DNA of 37,733 bases from a virus (IMGVR_UViG_3300031963_000413:1-37733); one strand, 5' to 3'. Numbered from the stretch's first letter, positions 18,065-30,400 are shown. Notes: generated by a model from the letters alone, not told the origin. Program-made: numbers and translations.

Positions 18065-21000
18065 TTATCCCTCAGGAACAGCAATAATTCTCAAGTTGCG
18101 AACTTTAGGAACAATTGACGCATCGCTGGATGTTAAACAAATTTTAACTTGGAAGTTTTTGAATGTTCCACCGATAGGATATGAAATACCATTTTCAGTA
18201 TAGTTGATTCTATTTTCTTCCAACGAAGGACGGAATTCTAACCCAACTAATGTTTGTGCGTTGCGCGAAAATACTTCTTTGACTTTGTCCATACGAAGCC
18301 AGCTCTTATCTGAAATTCTATCTGGATCATCTGAGGAAAGAACTTTGTAGTATACTTCGATGCCGCAAGCTGTTGGTAAAATCGCATCCATAAACACGCG
18401 AATATCACCTGACTCAAATCCATCACCGAGAACGATTTCGCGAGTAATGTACTTGGCTAGGATATTGCCGCCGTTCTTACCTGTTTCACCAGACACTAGA
18501 GCAACAGCTTGTACTGCTGATGCAGCATTACCATTTGCGATAGTCATTGTTGGTGATTCTAGATATCCCTTACCAACTGTTGTTATAACGATATGACTTA
18601 TTGTGTTAGAGCCGTCGGTATTTGCTACAGCAAATCCTGTTGCGCCACTACCATTATCGTTTGCGTTATTGGTAATTGTGATGTTATAGAAACCAACGTT
18701 CCAGTTATTCGCATAGAACGTTTGACGATATAGTTGAGCAAAGTTATTAAGTGATGTATTTGATCCACCAACAATAGAGTTGCCGCTATTTGCGTGGGCA
18801 TTATATCCTGCACCAACGTTGGTGATTGAGATATCGCTATTACTTAAACCTGCATTGTTAATGCCGAAGGTCACAGCAGCGACAGACAAACGCTCAGTAT
18901 TAACAATTGGCGAAACGTCTGGGTTACTTGATGACATTTGAACAGTCATTACGAAACTATTTGCATTTCCGCGTTCAATCACACGACGATTTAAGAACGT
19001 TGCTGAAGATTCTTTACCAGAACGATCGAGCAATGTGCCGTATTCAAGAGCAACGTGTGGTGTTAAGAATACACCAGCGTTTTCTAGTGTTCCATCAATC
19101 GCATACTTACCCTTTAGATTGTAATCAACAATACCAACTGGGAATCGTAAATCTGATGACATCAACATAACACGATCAACTAATGTATTTGCTGTTGGCG
19201 TTTCATCAAGACTAAACGTTGCCGTACCAGCAGATTCAAAGACTGCTTTATTTAATACGAACATTAGGTCTTGATTTTGATATGGCGTCCAAGTTGATGA
19301 GTTTTGTGAGCGGAAGAATGAACCAGCATATGGTTGCTCTGAGATACGACGTGCTGGTGTTATACCTAGAACATCTGTTCCCAACTCAGCAATCCAAACT
19401 TCATAGTCTGGGGAATCTGATCCAATCACAATAGCATATTCACGATTTGGTTCTAAGTATACTGGGTCATCAAATGTAAACTTTGTGACAGTTGCGACAT
19501 TTGATGTGCTTGGAACTTCAGAGATCTTTACATCTTTTGATTGTAATGTTTTCGCAGCCAAGTAGTTCTTTGTTGGATAACCATTTTGAACTTCGGCAAT
19601 CTTAACTGTAACAGGAAGTTGTAAAGACCCACGTGAAATTAATTTAGAATTTTGGAAATACTGCGCAACTGATGGCTTACTCTTAAAGAACAAGTCAATT
19701 GAACTACAGAAGATACCATAATCCTGCTGATTTCCGTTTGGCTTTGGCGTAAAGAACGTTTGAGCCAACCCGTCTCCAAGAGGAATACGTGGTGTTGTGG
19801 ATGCTGTTGAACCAGTAACAGGAGACTTTGTTGCAGATCCATTAAAGGTTCTATCAGCAGGAGAAACTGGTGCGACTGGAATATCAGCAAAAGTTTCTGG
19901 AAGAGGTGGTAATACAGGAGTCGTTTGAATTCTCTGTGTTTGTTTTAATATACCACTTGCCGCATAAGTTGCTGCTGCGCGCATTTTGTAATCAGGATCA
20001 TTAAAGCGAGCAGTATCTGTGATCGTAAAGACACGATCGCCAGTTTTAAACTTAAACGTTGGGTATGATGGAATATGGAAAATACCAGCAAGAGTTCCGT
20101 ACTGATCAACTTCGAAATTACCGATTGAGTAGTGCGTGTTTGTTGTTGGAGTAAATGATAATGCGCTGTTTAATACAGCTTGTGCGCCGCTGATTGACAC
20201 AACACGACGCAACTCACCAACACCAGTTCCTGTTGTGAAGTAAATCAAATTACCGTTTGCAGGATTATTTCCGCTGCTCGTCACCAACATGACTGTTGAT
20301 GTGTTAGGAGCAAGAGTATTAGCAATTACACCAGAGCGATGGATGAATGAACTTACGTTGATATTAACAGAAGTGTTTGTGACGCTACGAATAAAATTAT
20401 TTGAAGCGATGCCGAGTGTGTTGAAGTCGTTAGCAGCAAGAGGTTTTGCTGCAGGGTTTGATGCGTTCCACATTTGAACAAGAACATTTGATCCAGCAAC
20501 ATTTGAGTTTGCTACAATGTTACCGTCCATAGGCTCAATAGCAATAGAACCTGCACCACCAACATTGAAGAATCGAACGACGCCTTTAAACGTCGCAAGA
20601 TCATATCTGTTTGTTCCGCTGGCTGTCTGATAGATAATGTCGCCATCTTTATAATCAGAACTCATTGACGAAAGAACATTAACACCAACTGCATCTACGT
20701 TTAGGTTGATGTAGTTTTGGTTAACGTAAAGAATATTTTCGCCTGAAGTGGCAATAACAGTCGCAAAAGCATTATTTCTTTGCGGAGCAATAACACCTTC
20801 GCCAGGATAAAAAGAATCAGAAGTTTGGAAATCTGTTACAGAAACAACATTACAATTTGCGTACACTGTACCACTGCTTACGTTTTCAATAAACAATTGA
20901 GCAGTTTCATCAAAGTCGCCGCTTAACCGACGAATAATGATTGTTGAGTTAGCAGAATAAAATGCTTCAATGCGACCATTAAAGGTGTTAACAGTATTTG

Positions 21001-21274
21001 ATGTTCCTTGGAAAACAATATCTGTTTGTGCGTCATTCGCAGAAGTAGTGATCGTGGTAGAATTATTTCGACTTACTGCGATAATTTTTTTAGAATCAAG
21101 AAGCAATCTTCCGCCAGCCTGACAAAAATTATTAACTGCGACGTCATCGAAGAATAACTTTGCAAGAGTATATGGCATAAGATTATGCGCAGTAAACTCA
21201 ACATCGTTATATCGAATGTATGGAATTAGACTTGTATCTACTACCAATTTACCAAAATTAGTTGTAATTGCCAT
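18065..21274 (-). CDS. Large structural protein corresponding to the C-terminal part of DUF4815/VrlC-like proteins
   Basis: LIPYIR, LAQTF, SSIDLFFKSK, FTFDDPVYL...EYAIV, QPYAGSFFRSQNSSTWTPYQNQDLMF and terminal PKVRNLRIIA motifs. Confidence 0.72.
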   Translation of the reverse strand: MAITTNFGKLVVDTSLIPYIRYNDVEFTAHNLMPYTLAKLFFDDVAVNNFCQAGGRLLLDSKKIIAVSRNNSTTITTSANDAQTDIVFQGTSNTVNTFNGRIEAFYSANSTIIIRRLSGDFDETAQLFIENVSSGTVYANCNVVSVTDFQTSDSFYPGEGVIAPQRNNAFATVIATSGENILYVNQNYINLNVDAVGVNVLSSMSSDYKDGDIIYQTASGTNRYDLATFKGVVRFFNVGGAGSIAIEPMDGNIVANSNVAGSNVLVQMWNASNPAAKPLAANDFNTLGIASNNFIRSVTNTSVNINVSSFIHRSGVIANTLAPNTSTVMLVTSSGNNPANGNLIYFTTGTGVGELRRVVSISGAQAVLNSALSFTPTTNTHYSIGNFEVDQYGTLAGIFHIPSYPTFKFKTGDRVFTITDTARFNDPDYKMRAAATYAASGILKQTQRIQTTPVLPPLPETFADIPVAPVSPADRTFNGSATKSPVTGSTASTTPRIPLGDGLAQTFFTPKPNGNQQDYGIFCSSIDLFFKSKPSVAQYFQNSKLISRGSLQLPVTVKIAEVQNGYPTKNYLAAKTLQSKDVKISEVPSTSNVATVTKFTFDDPVYLEPNREYAIVIGSDSPDYEVWIAELGTDVLGITPARRISEQPYAGSFFRSQNSSTWTPYQNQDLMFVLNKAVFESAGTATFSLDETPTANTLVDRVMLMSSDLRFPVGIVDYNLKGKYAIDGTLENAGVFLTPHVALEYGTLLDRSGKESSATFLNRRVIERGNANSFVMTVQMSSSNPDVSPIVNTERLSVAAVTFGINNAGLSNSDISITNVGAGYNAHANSGNSIVGGSNTSLNNFAQLYRQTFYANNWNVGFYNITITNNANDNGSGATGFAVANTDGSNTISHIVITTVGKGYLESPTMTIANGNAASAVQAVALVSGETGKNGGNILAKYITREIVLGDGFESGDIRVFMDAILPTACGIEVYYKVLSSDDPDRISDKSWLRMDKVKEVFSRNAQTLVGLEFRPSLEENRINYTENGISYPIGGTFKNFQVKICLTSSDASIVPKVRNLRIIAVPEG

Positions 21275-21289
21275 GTATTTTTCTACCCT

Positions 21290-24200
21290 TTAATTTCTGT
21301 CATAATTAAAATCTTCAAGATCTCCGCGACCACCACCGCCGCTTAATTGCGCATCAGTAAATCCACTGATACCACCACTGAATGAATTATCTAGTACGAT
21401 TGGTGGTGTAACTGTTGGATTTGGTGATGGTATTGAGTCTGGTTCAACTGTAAATACTGTTGGTGGATAACTTGGAGCCCATAGGTTATCTCCGCCTAGT
21501 GTGCCACCAAATTGCCACAAATTTCCATAAAAACGAGGAATACCACCCCACCATGGATCATAACTGAATATAATAGGTGGGTCAATAATTTCCAATACAG
21601 GTGGTGGTTCTGGTTCTGAAGGAATGATTGGAATTACTGGAGCAGGTGGTGTTGGTGGTGTAACAACAACATCATCATCTCCAGATGGAGCTGGTGGATC
21701 GCCACCAGGAGTTGTAATAATAACTGTGTTAGCATTACTTGTTGGTGTTGGAAGAGTTGGTGGCGAAGGTGGCTCAACAACTGTTTCTCTGATCACCGTA
21801 GTATGTTCAATAATTCTCTCAGGAACTGAAATAATTTCTGGTTTGAGATCTTCAGCTGACCAGTAATCTGTATCTGGCGTCAATGAAATTGATCCATTAA
21901 ATTGACCGAATAAGAATGGCTGGACGCCAACGCCCTTGTTAGAAACAAGTCCCTGAGAAATTGCTGGTGTTTCAGTAAATTCTAGGGAAACTGTTTTCTT
22001 ATTCAAAGTTGTATTTGTTAAGTTTGTTTTCTTAAACCCAATAGGCGTGATCTTCATTGTTGGAAGCATAAAGCCATTTTCTAGAGCAACTTTAAAGTCG
22101 CTCGACTTAAAGTCAGCAATATTAAAGTTTAAGAAATTCTCGCCAACAATACCATACTTCTCTTTATCAGTACCATCTTCATATTGAGTCTTGTCTGACA
22201 TAGCAAGTTTTTCAACATTGTTTAGTGATACGAAGAACTCAACTTTTTGTAGACGTTTCTCAATCGAAGAAATATCCTTCATTGTGAAACGGCGATTCTC
22301 AACATACTTTGTTTTAATCTCACGAATATCAGCCACATATGGTGGGAGATATAGTGTGTACAATGTCATTGCGTCATCTAGATCTTCAGGAGGTAGTGGT
22401 CTTGGAGCAGACTTACCTTGAATGACGCGGAATTCTTTATCCTTTGATAGCACCAACTTGTCAATGCGAGGTAGATAATAATCTAATGACAATTCCGTAA
22501 CTTCATCTGGTGATGGAAGATTTGGAACTGTTAGAGTCTCAGCTGTATCGCCGATTGGTCTAGTTGGACGGAAATCTAAACAATCGCGCAAGTAATATAC
22601 TTTGCCTGTTGACGATGTGTAGATAGGGATTGCTCCGCTCTCATATTGATTTTGCGAATATGAGTCTACAGAGAAGAATGATACGTTTGCGCCAGCAACA
22701 TAAACATGCTGATAGAAATCCACATGCACCAATAATTTGGCGCTTGGACTATCGTAACCAGCCTTAAGAATAAGTTTAGCGTGATCATACACATCATCTC
22801 GTTGACCATAATCAACATAAAAACGCTCAGTCACGTCAGTGACATTGTTTACATCAGGTAAGTGAGTTGTGTTACCTGCAAGAACTTTGCGAACTTTAAC
22901 AACGTCTGGGACAAACAATGATATTGAATCGCCAGGACGTACAGTATTAAATGTCACATCGGTTAAGAAAACTAATCCAGCCGCCACATCAACATTCGCA
23001 ACTACACCATAATTTGGCACAGTTACTGTTGTGTTACCGCTTGGGCTGCTTGGGTATGTGAAGTTAGTTCTTGTGCCAACAAAAGTTGTATTGCTAAAGA
23101 AATTCTTTTTACGAATCTTATCCTCAGCATCATTTTGTTTCACATTAATTAAAATATCAACTTTAAGAATATCAGGAACATATGTGTCTACTGTAACTGT
23201 TGTTGCTGGAGATCCGATAGTTACATTAGCAGCAGTAAGCTGAAGAATAGAACCATTTGGATAACTTGTATTTCCATTATTGTCACGGACAACAACAATC
23301 AAATTATCTTGAATAGCCGCAGTAGAATCAGAGAACGGAATAGTTTCAAACGTTTCTAAACCAGCGCCTTGAGCCAATGCGAACTGATTTGCTGTACCAG
23401 TATTTGAACGATTTAAAATAATTTTATTATAATTGTAGTCAGAATTATTAAGTGATGCGCGTTTAATATAGTTTCCAGGAAGCTGGAAAATTAATCCGTT
23501 GCGCAATTTATCTTCAATAACAGTTTCGCCGCCAACATATTGAGATTGGATAGAAATATTCATTGAGGCATTAGCGCCAGCAATAAGAACATTTGCAACT
23601 GAAGGTCCAGCAATAAATGATTCTGCATGCGCCATATCAAAGTCTAATTGCACAACTGAGTTTACGTCAGCGATACCATTATTATCGAACGCAGAATCTA
23701 GGAATGCTGTTTTAGTCGTGCCGTCATATCGTTCAATTGTTCTTGTTTGACTGGATACGTTTTGATTATATGCAGTTTGAACAAATACTTGAAGTGGGTT
23801 TGTTGAAGAATTTGTGCCAACAATTGTTTGAGTAAATTCTGTATTGACGGTTAAGAAATCCCCAGCAGCATTAACGGAAATTACTTCGCGAACATCATTA
23901 CCCACGCGAATTACTGAACCGACGCTAACATTTGCACCGCTGAATACACTTGCTACAGCAGAATTAGCGTTCAATCGATAAGATCCAGCAAACACATTTG
24001 CTACTGCGACATTAGGGATAGCATCTAAACGAACAGGCAAAATTGTTACTGAGACGTTGCGATAAGCATTATTGTAGTCTGACATTTTATCTTGGAATCT
24101 AATGGTGTTAGCATTCGAAGACGCAGCAGCAACTTTTACCACCTTCGGATCCATGTTAATTTCTGACATGTAAAGAGCATAGACGCCATTCGAATCTCTA

Positions 24201-25471
24201 ACAGCATCAAAAGCATCAGCTGTTGAGCGAATAAAGTTTTTCACACGAACTGAGCCGATACGAGTATTTTGGTATAACTGTGCGTTTGCTGATGTGCCAA
24301 GACCAACGGCAACTTTGGATGTGTCTACGCAGTGTACATCAATCTTTTCTAATGCAGCAATATTAATAAATCCGTTGCTGGAACCACGAAGCGCTGTAAC
24401 GTATACAAAATTGCCATAAGAAATATCTACGTCTGTGTCGACAAGTGATTTAACATCTGACGGTGAGCGTGGTTTCGGTGCATCAATCTTTAGAGTTCCG
24501 ATTGTTTCGAACTCAAATCCCTTAACATAAGCCTTACCAGGCTCAATTGAAATAGTATAATTGTTTGCGTCTGTGCCATCTAATAAAGATGCGCGGAATG
24601 GCTTAACTGTATAATCTCCAGACTCATCAAACGTGCGACGAGCAAGTGTTTTCTCAAGTTCTGCATAAATTGGATACTTAACTTGTTTGGTGACTGCACC
24701 ATTTTCTACGCGCATCAATTCGAAAAACTTTGATTCGTCAACAACAGTGTCAAGTGGACGAGTTGAGAGCGTTAAATTAAACTGATAACGATCAGCGCCA
24801 GGAGCCTGATAGTTAAACGAACCTTGTGCTGGATCAAGTAGAGTTGAATCGACGTCGCTATCAATAAAGTCGTCGCTGATCTCTAGACCAATTTTAACAT
24901 TTGCGCTGGTTGTATATGCAGAAACAACTGCAGTTTGATCACCGACTTGGACGAAGAATCCGTCAGCGTAGAATACGCCTTCGTTGATTGAGACAACAGT
25001 ACCAAAACCAGTTGCGTTGGAAGCAATCAACTGAGCACGAGTTGTAGTGCCAGCGATTGTAACAACATCACCATCTGTGAATTCGTTACCAGTAATATAA
25101 CGAACTAATAGAGTTGGAATGCCGTCAGTAGGGAAGTATGTGGTTAATACTTTAGCCTGAACTGTGCCAGCTGTGTTTCTAATTACAGTGCCATTAAATT
25201 CTTCAATTTCAATGTCAGCATTCTCAAACGTTTCTAGGAGTTTAAGATACTTAACTTTATTATCAAGAGTTAGATTACCACCGATAACGGGAGAACCGTC
25301 TTGGAAAACGTGATCGCCAAATTGTTTAATTTGATTTTGTAGAATAGACTGAATTTGCGTCAATTCGCGCGCCTGCACAGCCTTTCCAGGCTTGAACATA
25401 ATGCGCATATAGTTATTATCTAATGCGTTTTGCGCAAAATCGTCGTTGTAAGGATCAATATTGAATTCCAT
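21290..25471 (-). CDS. DUF4815/VrlC-like large baseplate/tail structural protein (N-terminal part)
   Basis: PYNDDF...FKPGKAVQARELTQIQSILQNQI, APGADRY, LARRTFDESGDY, PGKAYVKGFE, YYLPRIDKL and RRFTMKDI motifs; follows gp8. Confidence 0.8.
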   Translation of the reverse strand: MEFNIDPYNDDFAQNALDNNYMRIMFKPGKAVQARELTQIQSILQNQIKQFGDHVFQDGSPVIGGNLTLDNKVKYLKLLETFENADIEIEEFNGTVIRNTAGTVQAKVLTTYFPTDGIPTLLVRYITGNEFTDGDVVTIAGTTTRAQLIASNATGFGTVVSINEGVFYADGFFVQVGDQTAVVSAYTTSANVKIGLEISDDFIDSDVDSTLLDPAQGSFNYQAPGADRYQFNLTLSTRPLDTVVDESKFFELMRVENGAVTKQVKYPIYAELEKTLARRTFDESGDYTVKPFRASLLDGTDANNYTISIEPGKAYVKGFEFETIGTLKIDAPKPRSPSDVKSLVDTDVDISYGNFVYVTALRGSSNGFINIAALEKIDVHCVDTSKVAVGLGTSANAQLYQNTRIGSVRVKNFIRSTADAFDAVRDSNGVYALYMSEINMDPKVVKVAAASSNANTIRFQDKMSDYNNAYRNVSVTILPVRLDAIPNVAVANVFAGSYRLNANSAVASVFSGANVSVGSVIRVGNDVREVISVNAAGDFLTVNTEFTQTIVGTNSSTNPLQVFVQTAYNQNVSSQTRTIERYDGTTKTAFLDSAFDNNGIADVNSVVQLDFDMAHAESFIAGPSVANVLIAGANASMNISIQSQYVGGETVIEDKLRNGLIFQLPGNYIKRASLNNSDYNYNKIILNRSNTGTANQFALAQGAGLETFETIPFSDSTAAIQDNLIVVVRDNNGNTSYPNGSILQLTAANVTIGSPATTVTVDTYVPDILKVDILINVKQNDAEDKIRKKNFFSNTTFVGTRTNFTYPSSPSGNTTVTVPNYGVVANVDVAAGLVFLTDVTFNTVRPGDSISLFVPDVVKVRKVLAGNTTHLPDVNNVTDVTERFYVDYGQRDDVYDHAKLILKAGYDSPSAKLLVHVDFYQHVYVAGANVSFFSVDSYSQNQYESGAIPIYTSSTGKVYYLRDCLDFRPTRPIGDTAETLTVPNLPSPDEVTELSLDYYLPRIDKLVLSKDKEFRVIQGKSAPRPLPPEDLDDAMTLYTLYLPPYVADIREIKTKYVENRRFTMKDISSIEKRLQKVEFFVSLNNVEKLAMSDKTQYEDGTDKEKYGIVGENFLNFNIADFKSSDFKVALENGFMLPTMKITPIGFKKTNLTNTTLNKKTVSLEFTETPAISQGLVSNKGVGVQPFLFGQFNGSISLTPDTDYWSAEDLKPEIISVPERIIEHTTVIRETVVEPPSPPTLPTPTSNANTVIITTPGGDPPAPSGDDDVVVTPPTPPAPVIPIIPSEPEPPPVLEIIDPPIIFSYDPWWGGIPRFYGNLWQFGGTLGGDNLWAPSYPPTVFTVEPDSIPSPNPTVTPPIVLDNSFSGGISGFTDAQLSGGGGRGDLEDFNYDRN

Positions 25472-25481
25472 GAATTTCTAC

Positions 25482-27482
25482 CTAGAATGAAAGTACGATC
25501 TTAATTTGATCAATTTGGTTATCTTTACGGACTATATTCGTTCTATTTTCAGCATAAATCAAATCACCGCTAAAGATTCTAAGGTCCGAGTTAGCGATTT
25601 CAAGGATCGGAACCGATGCACCTGAAGTCACGCCCTTAATAATCTGTTGCGCAGTAAACGTCCCAGTAATGTTATTTATGTACAAATAATTATCGCCTGG
25701 AGCCCAATGAGCAACATTAGCAACTGCAGTTGCGGTCTCAATTTCGCTTCCAAGATACACGGTTTCGTCGTCTCTAAAGTTGGTAATTCCTGGATCGGCA
25801 ACCAATAAGCGAGTAGATAGACGATAATTGGTTGCATTTGCATAAAATGCGCCATTAGCCACCCATGGGTCTTGTAAAACACCGACTTGATTAAAGTCGA
25901 ATGTATTTGTAGAATCGCTCATTGGGATAGTATCGTTTTCTGTATCGCTGAACTCAACTGTAATCATTAAACTATGAGCGCGCAATTCGGTAACTGGGTC
26001 AGAGCCATGACCACCATGAGGTCCAATTTGAATATCAAAAGCGGCATTTGAGCGTGTAACTACAGCAATTTGACTATTCATATTGCTAAACGCAGTATTC
26101 ACAGTCAAATATGTTGAATTGACCACCGTCACAACATTTCTGGATTGACCATCAACCGTGATGATATCATTAGTCTTAACATTACCAACGAAATATGTCA
26201 AGTTTGATGTATTGCCAGTTACTACTGCCCCAGAAACGTTGACAGTTCCTGCTAATGACAAACTTCCTAATCTATTAGGATCATTTACTGTAATTGTACC
26301 ACGAGTATAATTATTGCCACCATTTAAAATTGTTACGCTTTGAATACTGCCATCAACAACCTTGGCATACAAGTTAGCACCTGCGCCATCTGTTCCCGTT
26401 ACAGTTAAAATAGCAGCTGTGTTGCTGTTGCCACCATCAACGAAACCAGAACCACCCCAAAGAACATTAACAACATCGATTCTACCATCAACAGCAGCTG
26501 TAGTAACAGCTGGATCAGAAACAACTGGCATCCACTTATTAGTGAAGAATTTTTGTTTTAGTCCAGGCGGAATGGTATAGAGATACTTCCACTTATATCC
26601 GTCTGCTGTTTGAATAAACGCATTCTCAGGCAATTGACCGTCGATGTCAATAGTAGGTTCAATGGTTGAGTTTGCATAACCGTTGTTGAACAAACACTTA
26701 AAGACCTGGTCTCTTGTGTTACGAACATAGAATGTATTTGCAGTAAATGGGAATGTATTATCTTTTCTAGAGATAGTTACGTTTGAATTTGAATATGTTA
26801 AGTTAGCATTCAACGAAATAACTTTATTACTTAATACAGAAATTACTTCGCGCGTATCTTCTCCGATTACAATAACATTGCCGCTTTCTACATTACCGAT
26901 AAATGCTGCGCTGTTAGCAATAACAATTCTAGCATTTGCTATTTTAGTGATAGATGATCCAGTATTAACATTGGCAAATGCGCTGTTTACAATTAAATGA
27001 TCGTTATTAGTTACTGTAACAACAGACTTAATTGAAGAGTTTACAGAAATTAAATCGCCAGGAAATACAAAGGTTAAGAACGAAGTGCCATTTCCGACTA
27101 CAACATTAGAGCCAGATATATTAGCAGTTCCTGACAAAACTGTATTAGCATTAGAATTTGCTGTTCCTAGATTAAAATAATCTAGATATGAAAATAACTC
27201 AATATTATCTTCGTAAGAATCGTATTTTGTATTGACCGCCCAATCAACACGCGAAACTACTGGTTGAACATCAGCTAATTGGATTTTTTTAGCGCCAACC
27301 ATATTACGATAAAATTGGTTGCGTTCATTTGTGGTCCAAATAATGTCAGGAATATTGGCAGAATTACTGCCGAAATCTAATGCGCGTCCAATAAAAATAA
27401 ATGTATTGGCATCATTGATAAAATGATCTTTAATATCATTAATCAAGAAGTTACTGAATAATGGTGTGAGTAAAGATTTCAT
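25482..27482 (-). CDS. gp8: Baseplate wedge subunit gp8-like (enlarged)
   Basis: FYVRN...VFKCLFN, DGYKWKYLYTI, WMPV, GGHGSDPV.EL and terminal YAENR..I.R...Q...IKIVLSF motifs; follows gp6-gp7. Confidence 0.85.
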   Translation of the reverse strand: MKSLLTPLFSNFLINDIKDHFINDANTFIFIGRALDFGSNSANIPDIIWTTNERNQFYRNMVGAKKIQLADVQPVVSRVDWAVNTKYDSYEDNIELFSYLDYFNLGTANSNANTVLSGTANISGSNVVVGNGTSFLTFVFPGDLISVNSSIKSVVTVTNNDHLIVNSAFANVNTGSSITKIANARIVIANSAAFIGNVESGNVIVIGEDTREVISVLSNKVISLNANLTYSNSNVTISRKDNTFPFTANTFYVRNTRDQVFKCLFNNGYANSTIEPTIDIDGQLPENAFIQTADGYKWKYLYTIPPGLKQKFFTNKWMPVVSDPAVTTAAVDGRIDVVNVLWGGSGFVDGGNSNTAAILTVTGTDGAGANLYAKVVDGSIQSVTILNGGNNYTRGTITVNDPNRLGSLSLAGTVNVSGAVVTGNTSNLTYFVGNVKTNDIITVDGQSRNVVTVVNSTYLTVNTAFSNMNSQIAVVTRSNAAFDIQIGPHGGHGSDPVTELRAHSLMITVEFSDTENDTIPMSDSTNTFDFNQVGVLQDPWVANGAFYANATNYRLSTRLLVADPGITNFRDDETVYLGSEIETATAVANVAHWAPGDNYLYINNITGTFTAQQIIKGVTSGASVPILEIANSDLRIFSGDLIYAENRTNIVRKDNQIDQIKIVLSF

Positions 27483-27489
27483 TTATTCC

Positions 27490-30400
27490 TCAATATGCTG
27501 TAAGAGTCACGACCGTAAATCCGTGATCCTCAATCCCTAAATTTGGAGCAACAAGATAAACAAGATTAGAAACGTTTGCGTTATATGCAATATTTAATGT
27601 CATTGTATTACCAGAAACAGAAAGAACATTTGCGTTTTGACTTGTTGCTCTCTTGTATAGTATTTTACCTGACATGTTTGATGAAGAAGTGGCGTTCACA
27701 TTCATTACAGTATTATTAGCAATATTTATTACCTGTTTTAACTGCCCATTAATCATAACAATATCGTTTGCTTTTACTTCGGTCAAGAAATTAGTTGAAA
27801 TTCCAACAACCAACGTATTAGTTGTAAATACTTGAACTGTTCCAGTTTGCGCGCCCATGACGTTTGCAGCTGCAATGTTAAATGATACGTTGTCGCCAGC
27901 CTGTACCATTTCATAAACGCCATTTGTATTTCCATAAACAACCAATGTTGTATTAGCGAGTTTATATACTGCTTGGGCTGTTGATGTATAATTTAGATTT
28001 GCGTTCACTATCAAGTGATTGGCGTTTGTAACAGTAATAACTTCACGAATTTCATTGTTTACTTTAATTAAATTATTTGCGACTAGTTGCGTATTGAATG
28101 CAGCACCAGTGCCAACAACCACATTACTGTCTGTTGTGGTTGCAGCAACCCCAGTAAGAGTTGTAAATTGAACATTACTCTTAACTAATCCTTGACCAGC
28201 ATATATAAAGTCGCCATACACTTCTAGTTGAGTATTGCTAATTACATTTGAAACAATGCGAGAAATAGGTAAGCGAGTTGAATCTATAACGATAAACAAA
28301 TCGCCAACATTTACGCGAGTATTTGAATAATTAATGCTGCCAACATTAGGCATAAACAATGTTGAATTACCAATTACAACATTTGAATACGAGTTTAGTA
28401 TTTGGACATTCGACGTGCCATTACCTGGCATAATCAAATCTACGTTAGCGAATACTGGGATTTCTCCGCTCTTTTCGTTCTTAACGACAGTTTTAGAAAT
28501 GAGTTCCAATCCTGTTGGGTGAACAATATTTTTAATTGGTGTTTCGAAATCAACCAAATTTTTCTCTGATTGAACAACATAAGAGAAGTTGTGGTAGATT
28601 GTATCGTCTTGTAGAACTTTATCTGCGCTAACGAATCCGTCTGTATTCAAGAAGAAGCCGTTAAATTCAATCAATCCATTCGCAAATTGGGCATTTGCTC
28701 TAGCCCGACCATTACCGTAATACATTGGATTTGGTAAACCACTAGCAATTACTGTAGATGGATATTGTGATGGTGCAGACACATTTGCTGATGTATTTAC
28801 ATTACAGTAAACACCATTTGCTGTAATTAAGTCAATAGTTTTATTAATTGCGCCAGAGAAGTTATAAAGGCGCAATAAACCAGTGTTGGCATTATACGAT
28901 TTTACATTAGCGCGGAACGTTGAACTGGCTAACGAAGCTCCTTGGTAAATAATTTCGGTTTCTGTGAACGTGTTTGCTTCAGGAACAGGGTTAATGATAA
29001 CATCGACGATCTTTAACGATACGTTAGGGTTTGCGACATAATCGTAACCACGATAAATTAAACGAATATCTCTTACGCGACCGACAGCGCTTGTTTCAAT
29101 TGTGTGTTCTTCGCCATCACCAAACAAATACCCTGTAAGAACAGCATTTGCACCACCGCTAGATTGTACTGTAATTTGTGGTCTGGCGTAATATCCTTCG
29201 CCGCGATTATCAAGTACAATTGATGTGATTGCACCAGTTCCACTTACAGTTTGAACGTAACCATTTGCTTCGTATCCGCGACCACTAAATCTTAAACCAT
29301 CACCAACTGTATATCCGTCACCGCCATTGTTAATATAAACGTGAGCGATTAATCCAAGATCTTTAAATGTTTGCCAATGTGTTTTCTTTAGAGCCTTTTG
29401 AGAACTGTAACTGTATTGCTCAGAAAGATGTGTATCGTAATGAGATGAAACGTTAATATCTGGCTCACTTCTAAATCCTGCGCCACCATTTAATACTGAG
29501 ATTAATGCAACACCGCCAGTGTTAACAGTATCAAAATCAAGACACTGAATAATCATACTGTTAGCATTTGCAGGAACAGGATATGTTGTAACAGAATTAA
29601 ACGCAAAAGACTTTGATGTATTTTTCGTATTAATTTGCGAACCAGTTAAAACAGTTGTGAGTGGACCTGTGTTAGAAATATCATATACTAATAGTCCACC
29701 AGTGTTTGCGCTAACACCACCAAGACCAAAAATAGAGTTGTTTGGCGTTGCAATTTTTGCTGTAAATAGCGCATCTGTAAAGTTTGTTCCATTCGCCCAA
29801 ACTTCTTCAAAATTATTATACGGATCATCTTGATCATTTTCAGTTACATTGATTAATGCATTGAACGTGTTAACAGTAAATGCAGCATAGTTTGCATTAC
29901 CGATATCCGTATCAGACAAATAATCGATTACCGTCTTATCATAAGTAATTGGTTCTAAGAAATTTAATTGACTATTTGATGTGCATGCAGATGAGTTCAA
30001 CTGCAATACACGCAAATCTGTTGATAGATTTGCATTAGGATCGTCGCCGACTGAACGATAGACGATCGTTTCTGTGTTGGAATATAAACGATAACCATAT
30101 CCTGGGAAGATCATGGTTACTGCTTCAATAGATCCTAGTGTGACATTGCCAACGACAGCAGCAGCATCATTTGCTTCTGCAGAATTACCTAATCCACCAA
30201 CAATAACAACAGGGTCGCCGATGTTATATAACAAACCGCGACGGCGCTGTTGTGGATCAGTTCTGATATTTGAATCAACGCGAATATTAGAAAGAGTGCC
30301 AATAATGCGCTCATTAAATACTCTTGAAACGCCATTTGCGTCGACGTAGTTGATCTCAATTAACTCGCCATTGTTGAAATACTTTTTGATGTTGGAGATA

